Below are positions 59,101-64,000 of a stretch of DNA of 64,000 nt, in pieces. Where the stretch lies: the IMG/VR virus record IMGVR_UViG_3300011008_000186; one strand, given 5' to 3'. The position numbers were made by a program, and so were the translations under genes. How positions within the stretch are numbered: the stretch's first letter is position 1; every line of letters begins with the position of its first letter. Under the pieces are notes generated by a model. The model was not told the DNA's origin, searched no databases, and was given only the letters and a program-made list of their open reading frames with translations. This DNA comes from a virus.

Positions 59101-62100
59101 CAATAATTCTAATATAATTAGTACAGAGGCCGAGCGCAGCAATAAAGGCCATCATCTTCTTGCCGAAATCATCCATATCCTTTTCGCCGATGATATCCTG
59201 AAGAATACCGCCGGTTCGAGGAATGGCATTAGCAAAAGTGGCCATAGTTACAGCTGCATCCGCTGCCAATTGAGTTTTATTTAAATCATTCTCAGAGAGT
59301 ACGCTTACAGCTGTTGTAAATCCAACAATTGCTGCTGCAAACGAAACCAAGTCGTTCGCAAGATCAGTAAATGAACGTCCTCCACCAAACGTAAGTAATG
59401 GATTATGAGCAAACGCGTCAATTAATTCTGCTACAGATAATGCAAGAAGAACTGCCACAAGGCATTCAACGCCCTTTATAGTACTATCATCGATGTTCTT
59501 TGCACCATTGATAAATGGCTGGAATGCATCCATGAACGCACTAAGAGCTGCGCCAATAGCAGGTAATGCTTCCATAGCAAATCCAGCAACCAAACCGCCA
59601 AAGAATTTGCCGATAGCTGTGGCCAAGGCACCGAGCAGATCACCTAACTGATTAACAGTATCTATGATCTGTGCCATGTCTGTTGCCCCGCCGGAAATAG
59701 CTTTGATGGCTTCGAATATGCCATACGTCGCGGCAATAATAACTCCAACTCCGGCTATCACTATGCCCATTGCAGCTATGCCATATAGTGCGCCAGTTAT
59801 AGCACCGGCGCCAAAAGTATTACCTATTATAGTTAATACTGCAGTCATAGCAGTAAAAGCTAGAAGCGCCATGGTTAATGATATAGCAGCCTTTAGCAAT
59901 TTACCCGAATCAAACATCGTAAGAACACCGAGAATCGCTGCTATCGATGCCATAGCAAGGATCATTATGCCCAGGCTTACCAATGACTTTTGATATACTT
60001 CTCTATTTTTACCTAAGAAATATAACATTGCGCCAAATGCCACAAAGGCACCTGCCAGAATCCCAAGATTCTTTATGCCAATTCCTTTTATACATTCAGC
60101 TAATGCTATAATTATTTCTTGAACAATCTTAAATACTTTTTCTACAATTTCCGGAGCGCGTTCGGTCAATTTATCCAATACCATAGAGATAATATCCATT
60201 ACGAGATCAATGATAGGACCAAGATTATCTCTAATCATCGTTAGACCGGATATAATTAAATTCAAAAGCGCATCGCCAATCTGAGGTATGTGTGCAACTA
60301 ATGACCCAAGAAATGCTTCTATCAATCCGCTAATCAACGCTGCTGCACTCGACTTAAATGTATCTTTTGCCGCAGCTAACCCTTCAGCAATTGTTACTAA
60401 TATTTTTGGAACTTTCCATGCTGATTCATATAAAATATCTATCGCTTTTGCAAATGCTAATAAACCGACGCCAGTGCCGGCTACCAAGATCCCCAAACCG
60501 GCCGCAGCCATTCCGAATCCTTTTAGTCGCTCTTCAATTGCGCCCATTCCCTTAAGCGCAAATCCGATCCCGACCATTATGCTGGCAAATCCAGCTAAAG
60601 CCGCACCAGCTTTTAAAAGATCGTCCCAACTAACTAATGAAAAAGCTTTAACTATAATAACTAATGAGGACATTACGCCAACAAAAGCCAGCATAGGAAG
60701 CAAACTCTTCTTGGTATCGAGAGTGCCCATTACATGAGAAACTCCAGCCAATATTGACGAGAATGCCAATAAAGTAACAGCAAACTTACCAATTCCTTCC
60801 CAAGATATCTTAGCAATCTTTGTGGCGGCAAATGATACTAATACCATGGCTGCACCAAATGTCATTATAGCAAGTGCCGTCTCTCCAAGATTAGAGCCAT
60901 CCACGAATTTCGAAAAGATTGCAAGCGAAACACCAAATCCAACTAATATTGCACCAAATTTGCCAAGATCAGGCCAACTAATTGTAGCTATTATTTTAGC
61001 TGCTATAGCAAACATATTCATGGTTAAACCGAAAGCCATAACTGTTCCAGCAACTTTTGCTAGATCTTGTTCTTTGTATTTTCCAAGCAAAATAACGATC
61101 ATACCCATCGCAGCTAGCATAGCAAGTATAGCATCCAAACCTCTATACATCGATTCAGCATCTATCTTAGCAAGTATTTTTATTGAGAGTGATAAAATTA
61201 AAATCGATACTGAAAGTGCTTCAAGTGCTTGGCCTATGGCTTTAGTCTTTTTGCCAAAAATATCTTTAACATTATCAGCATATAAGAACATTGCGGCCAT
61301 TGCCGCCATAAGTGCTGCGACAATTATGCCTAGTCCTTCAATACCTTGGATAAATTCTCTGGTGTTTAATTTACCTATTATATAAACAGCTCCGGCTATA
61401 ATAGCGATAGCGGCAGCCACTTTCATTAAAGCCGAGCCGAGCATATTCATCTCGATGCCCGTAGCTATCTTATTTAAAAAATTGTTAACTCCATTTGCAA
61501 GGTTATTTACTATATTCTCCCATTTAAACGTACTGTCTTCGCTTTTTTCTATTTTAATATTGACTTTATCGATAATCGCAAACAGCACGGCCAGACCAGT
61601 AAATATAAAACCGAGAATGGCGATTGCTTCGTTTAATCGATCGCTATCGACCAAAGATAATGCAATAACCGAACCTGCTAAAATAGCTACCGCAACGGCT
61701 ATCTTTTTAAGAATATCCGCTTTTATTGTATTTTGATATTCGGTGAGAACGCCTTGAAGACTCTTAAACGTATTAACAACGGCTTCAGTTATTGTACCGA
61801 GAGGTCCTGCTGCGCCTTTTTTCTTAATATCATTGATCAGATCAATAATCTTTAGTATTAATGCGAATGCGCCGCCTTCGACAAGAACCTGAGTAACGCT
61901 CTTTCCGCCCATATAAGTATTCCAAAAGTCTCTAAGATAATCGCTAATTTGCCCAAATAAATCTTTTATAAATCCCCAAACAACTTTCACTACGCTCCAA
62001 ACTTTATCAACAACTTTTTTAAAGTTTTCCCATGCTTTTGAAAGTTTTTCGAGAATTGTGACCCAATCTATATTCTTAATAGATTCTCCAAGATTATCAA

Positions 62101-64000
62101 AGAATGCTTTGATTTTCTTACCAGTCTCACTTTGTTCGATACTATCGTTTATTTTTTTCAGACTGTTGGAAACTCTTTGACCAAATGTTTCGACTCCGGT
62201 TTCTTTCTTTCCGAAAACTTTTGATATAGCATCTTTAATATTATTAAATGCTGTACCAATATTTGAACCGAAATTACGAACGACCGGCCAAACTTTATCT
62301 ATGATTGATTTGATGTGCTCAAGAACATCTGCGAAAGTTGACCAACCGCCACCTTTCTTTTTCATGGTATCGGTAACTTTGCCAAAGAAATCCCCAAAAT
62401 CTTTAGATTCCTTAGTTAAATCAATAATAATATTTAACCATCGGGTAAATGCGTCTATTCCTTTATTAGCGCCTTCGCTTATCTTTTCTATACGTTCCCT
62501 TACTGGTGCTAGGAAATCATTTATTGCTTTAGCTGCATCTTTGAACCAAGTTACACTATCAAGCCAAGTATTAATTCGTTTTACTAAATTGCCGAAATGT
62601 TTTGTTATATTTAATATAACATCAACAATCCCTTTAAATGCGGGACCTAAAGTATTATCAAATATAGCTTTAAGTATTTCTTTTAAACCTTTTGCTAATT
62701 TCCAAATAACTGATAATGGACCGACAATAGCATAAGTTAAGCTTTTTATGTCATCCGCATGACTCTCGATAAATTCGGAGAACTGTTTCATCCTAGCTTG
62801 GAATCTGGTTGTTATATCAAATAAAAGTAGTGCTTGATCGGATGCCTCGCCAGCACCTTCTCCCATTTGATCATAAGCTTCGTATAGTACTTCCAAATAA
62901 TCAGGAACTGTATTAAACTCTTCCTGATATGCGGCTTGAATTTCGAGAATCTTTCCCGAAAGCCGTTCCATAAAAGACTCAGAAGCTTCGCCGACTTTTT
63001 CGGTGGTAGCTAATATAGGGAAAATGTCTGAAAGCGCATTACTAACAGTATCCAAAAAGCTTTTAATCGCATCGCCAAGATAATAAAATGCACCTATATC
63101 CTGATCGAATAAAAACTTTCTTCCACCAATATCTTTCCACTCAGCTATAGCGTCAGAAACAAACCATATAGGATCTACAAATATCTCATATAAATAATTG
63201 GCTAAATCTGTAAATAGTATTTTTGCTTCATCGTAGTTACCAATGATGGTTTTCCATACAAACATCCACCGAGAACTTGCGGCGTCGTTTACGGAGGCTA
63301 TAGCTTCTTCCCATGTTTTGGCCTCTTGCGCGGCGACAGCTGCTGCTTTGGCAGCCTCAGTCCAGCCCCAATCTTCGCCACTCATCTCTTGCATGGTTTC
63401 GGCAAGCTGCTTAGCCTCGCCAAATGTCATACCAAATACGGTTTCCAAGTTCATGATATCATCCATGTACTTGCCAAATCCGTTAAGCGCCTTCATAATT
63501 ACGTCGTTTGAAAGCCACTGGGAACTAAGTGTAGAAGCAAAATTCTTGGTGCTAACGTCGTCGAACTGTTTTTTTGCTTCGGTTACTGTTCGTAAGTATT
63601 CTACTCCGGTTTCTTCATCGACATATCTTTCAAGCGTGCCCAGTGCTTCGCCCGCTTCAATAAATGCTGAGGTCAAAGCCGTACCAGTCATCTTAGCAGT
63701 ACTGAACCATTTCCAGTTATTGTTTGCCAAGTATCCCTGCGCCATACCGCCAACCAGACCAGATAGAGCATGCTGTGCATTTCCGGCATTTACACCCATA
63801 AGAGCCGCTGCAGCATTGAAACCTTCCAACGCTCTAGTCGAATCAGACAAATCTAAATCATAAGTAGTGAATTTTGCAATAGCATCAACCATACTGCTAT
63901 AATCATATGAGGTTTCATCAGCAAAAGTCATTAACTTAGCAAGATTGTGCTCAACTGTATCAAGATCATAACCGGCATTAACCATCATCTGAACTGATGA
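56147..64000 (-). CDS. tape measure protein (5' end open at window edge)
   Basis: More than 2613 aa, with the reading frame still open at 64000. Long central block of hydrophobic helices. Two tandem repeat families. C-terminal region typical of tape measure proteins. Confidence 0.8.
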   Translation of the reverse strand, partial: SSVQMMVNAGYDLDTVEHNLAKLMTFADETSYDYSSMVDAIAKFTTYDLDLSDSTRALEGFNAAAALMGVNAGNAQHALSGLVGGMAQGYLANNNWKWFSTAKMTGTALTSAFIEAGEALGTLERYVDEETGVEYLRTVTEAKKQFDDVSTKNFASTLSSQWLSNDVIMKALNGFGKYMDDIMNLETVFGMTFGEAKQLAETMQEMSGEDWGWTEAAKAAAVAAQEAKTWEEAIASVNDAASSRWMFVWKTIIGNYDEAKILFTDLANYLYEIFVDPIWFVSDAIAEWKDIGGRKFLFDQDIGAFYYLGDAIKSFLDTVSNALSDIFPILATTEKVGEASESFMERLSGKILEIQAAYQEEFNTVPDYLEVLYEAYDQMGEGAGEASDQALLLFDITTRFQARMKQFSEFIESHADDIKSLTYAIVGPLSVIWKLAKGLKEILKAIFDNTLGPAFKGIVDVILNITKHFGNLVKRINTWLDSVTWFKDAAKAINDFLAPVRERIEKISEGANKGIDAFTRWLNIIIDLTKESKDFGDFFGKVTDTMKKKGGGWSTFADVLEHIKSIIDKVWPVVRNFGSNIGTAFNNIKDAISKVFGKKETGVETFGQRVSNSLKKINDSIEQSETGKKIKAFFDNLGESIKNIDWVTILEKLSKAWENFKKVVDKVWSVVKVVWGFIKDLFGQISDYLRDFWNTYMGGKSVTQVLVEGGAFALILKIIDLINDIKKKGAAGPLGTITEAVVNTFKSLQGVLTEYQNTIKADILKKIAVAVAILAGSVIALSLVDSDRLNEAIAILGFIFTGLAVLFAIIDKVNIKIEKSEDSTFKWENIVNNLANGVNNFLNKIATGIEMNMLGSALMKVAAAIAIIAGAVYIIGKLNTREFIQGIEGLGIIVAALMAAMAAMFLYADNVKDIFGKKTKAIGQALEALSVSILILSLSIKILAKIDAESMYRGLDAILAMLAAMGMIVILLGKYKEQDLAKVAGTVMAFGLTMNMFAIAAKIIATISWPDLGKFGAILVGFGVSLAIFSKFVDGSNLGETALAIMTFGAAMVLVSFAATKIAKISWEGIGKFAVTLLAFSSILAGVSHVMGTLDTKKSLLPMLAFVGVMSSLVIIVKAFSLVSWDDLLKAGAALAGFASIMVGIGFALKGMGAIEERLKGFGMAAAGLGILVAGTGVGLLAFAKAIDILYESAWKVPKILVTIAEGLAAAKDTFKSSAAALISGLIEAFLGSLVAHIPQIGDALLNLIISGLTMIRDNLGPIIDLVMDIISMVLDKLTERAPEIVEKVFKIVQEIIIALAECIKGIGIKNLGILAGAFVAFGAMLYFLGKNREVYQKSLVSLGIMILAMASIAAILGVLTMFDSGKLLKAAISLTMALLAFTAMTAVLTIIGNTFGAGAITGALYGIAAMGIVIAGVGVIIAATYGIFEAIKAISGGATDMAQIIDTVNQLGDLLGALATAIGKFFGGLVAGFAMEALPAIGAALSAFMDAFQPFINGAKNIDDSTIKGVECLVAVLLALSVAELIDAFAHNPLLTFGGGRSFTDLANDLVSFAAAIVGFTTAVSVLSENDLNKTQLAADAAVTMATFANAIPRTGGILQDIIGEKDMDDFGKKMMAFIAALGLCTNYIRIIGLQDSDVELFNRAAAMGTAMAELAKSIPRSGGWLQKIIGEQDIGDFGNKVQAYIRAINLSVMGLRFMNIADTDVELFDRAATMGKAMSDLAETIPRTGGIVQELVGEKDLGDFGEKVKTYIRAINMSVNGLRAFGLSDDDVSMFKMAADVGHAMSDLAQTIPLTGGFFEQLIGTSDIGVFGEKVKAYITAITEAYHIMRDGGLNATALLLMACAAGVARILSQDMPTGSNFIDSIFGKTAMDLWASKLIAFGNGIADFSQIVKGRVNLASVLVAAIAGEILIALAKDIPEGSGVLDWLFGGSKDFSEFSRQIVDFGAGIAKFSDKVSGKVDPNAVNIAVEAGEMMAALAKDIPDSSGVLGWLFGGKKDLGEFGDQLASFGDGIAKFSESVRGKVDPTSAQVAALAGEIMATLAKDIPDSTGVIGWLFGGTKDLGKFGNQLKSFGEGIADFSSSVTGKVDPNAVDTAADAAGIIAALAEDIPVDKGLIGKIFGGSIDFETFGAQMPYLANGIVGFANIISKGNIDTEAAKDATDVIVALANINLPEEGSFFSKLFGKSTMDFGQFGKKLKDLGQGLIDYNGLVTGVDFQAGIDAVKAAATMVTDVKTIVCDNDLSILKTIGNNLKNYGSNFKSFVNSVSGADTTNVEQALSSANTVVSSENSIFKENKDPGKEFKDLGDRLADFGTAYRIFYLDIKDMDKDKIETALSEFRSITNTLVYISQQEYKGATNFPDILREVATTSIEDFCNAFKDGKTDFETALFALVSDGVKALQNLQFRWIQLGKYNVNGYIEGMKSKNQDVYNAAYQLGKTALDATARATLTQSPSKEFSRLGMYNDVGYANGMLDNIQVIRNAGDKLGSESIAIMSKSVDKIMSMMDSDMDMQPVIRPVFDSSNIRSGISEVNRMYSGMAIGSGMSYALSSNVQSGIRNTGDSQLVSAINDLKRTITSNPTNTYNVNGITYDDGSTVSNAISALIGAITVEGRM
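57400..59280. repeat. tandem coding repeats inside the tape measure gene
   Basis: About six units of roughly 180 nt (…DIPxxxGVLxWLFGGxKDLxxFG…) at about 57.4-58.5 kb, and four units of about 200 nt (…IPRTGGxxQxxIGEKDxxDFGxK…) at about 58.55-59.28 kb. Confidence 0.75.

Overview
The window is almost entirely one AT-rich tailed-phage genome segment of siphovirus type. Strong AGGAG-type ribosome-binding sites point to a low-GC Firmicutes-type host. About 90 genes run leftward on the minus strand. Only an XRE-type repressor and a tyrosine integrase are on the plus strand (34.1-35.5 kb). Next to the integrase is an internal attP: the 3' part of a tRNA-Lys(CUU) gene flanked by arm-type repeats. This means the sequence is the unintegrated phage form, not a prophage junction.

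Layout, read in the direction of transcription (right to left):
- 64.0-39.9 kb: giant tape-measure gene (open at the window edge), tail and baseplate genes, and a multi-fibre locus containing a GT2 glycosyltransferase, a holin and two decayed LRR fibre paralogues.
- 39.8-36.3 kb: endolysin and an unknown module.
- 36.3-33.4 kb: attP, integrase and the genetic switch.
- 33.2-20.3 kb: an accessory island of single-gene cassettes bounded by conserved repeats.
- 20.3-0.6 kb: replication and nucleic-acid genes (SF3 helicase-AEP primase-PolB fusion, SSB-like protein, SF2 helicase, two PD-(D/E)xK nucleases, a ribbon-helix-helix (RHH) protein with an iteron field), ending in a 947-aa protein.

Most notable observations:
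1. The 947-aa protein carries the ADFDGD catalytic loop of two-barrel RNA polymerases (YonO / cellular RdRP-like).
2. A roughly 30-nt promoter-like motif built around the palindrome TTCGCGAA recurs 10 times. It does not fit a sigma-A promoter.
3. A 27-nt hairpin element recurs 6 times.
4. The 9-mer AAATATAAT occurs at least 42 times on the plus strand. I saw no reverse-complement copies.
5. Two tRNA-Leu-like elements lack an anticodon arm.
6. One cassette has no ORF and contains a GC-rich candidate RNA.
7. One protein is an XRE - sigma region 4 - RNAP alpha-CTD chimera.
8. A pentapeptide-repeat gene is split at a T4 run.

One canonical tRNA-Gln(UUG) is present. I found no rRNA, CRISPR array, reverse transcriptase, transposase, terminase, portal or capsid gene in this window. 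All functional calls come from motif reading by eye, without database searches.
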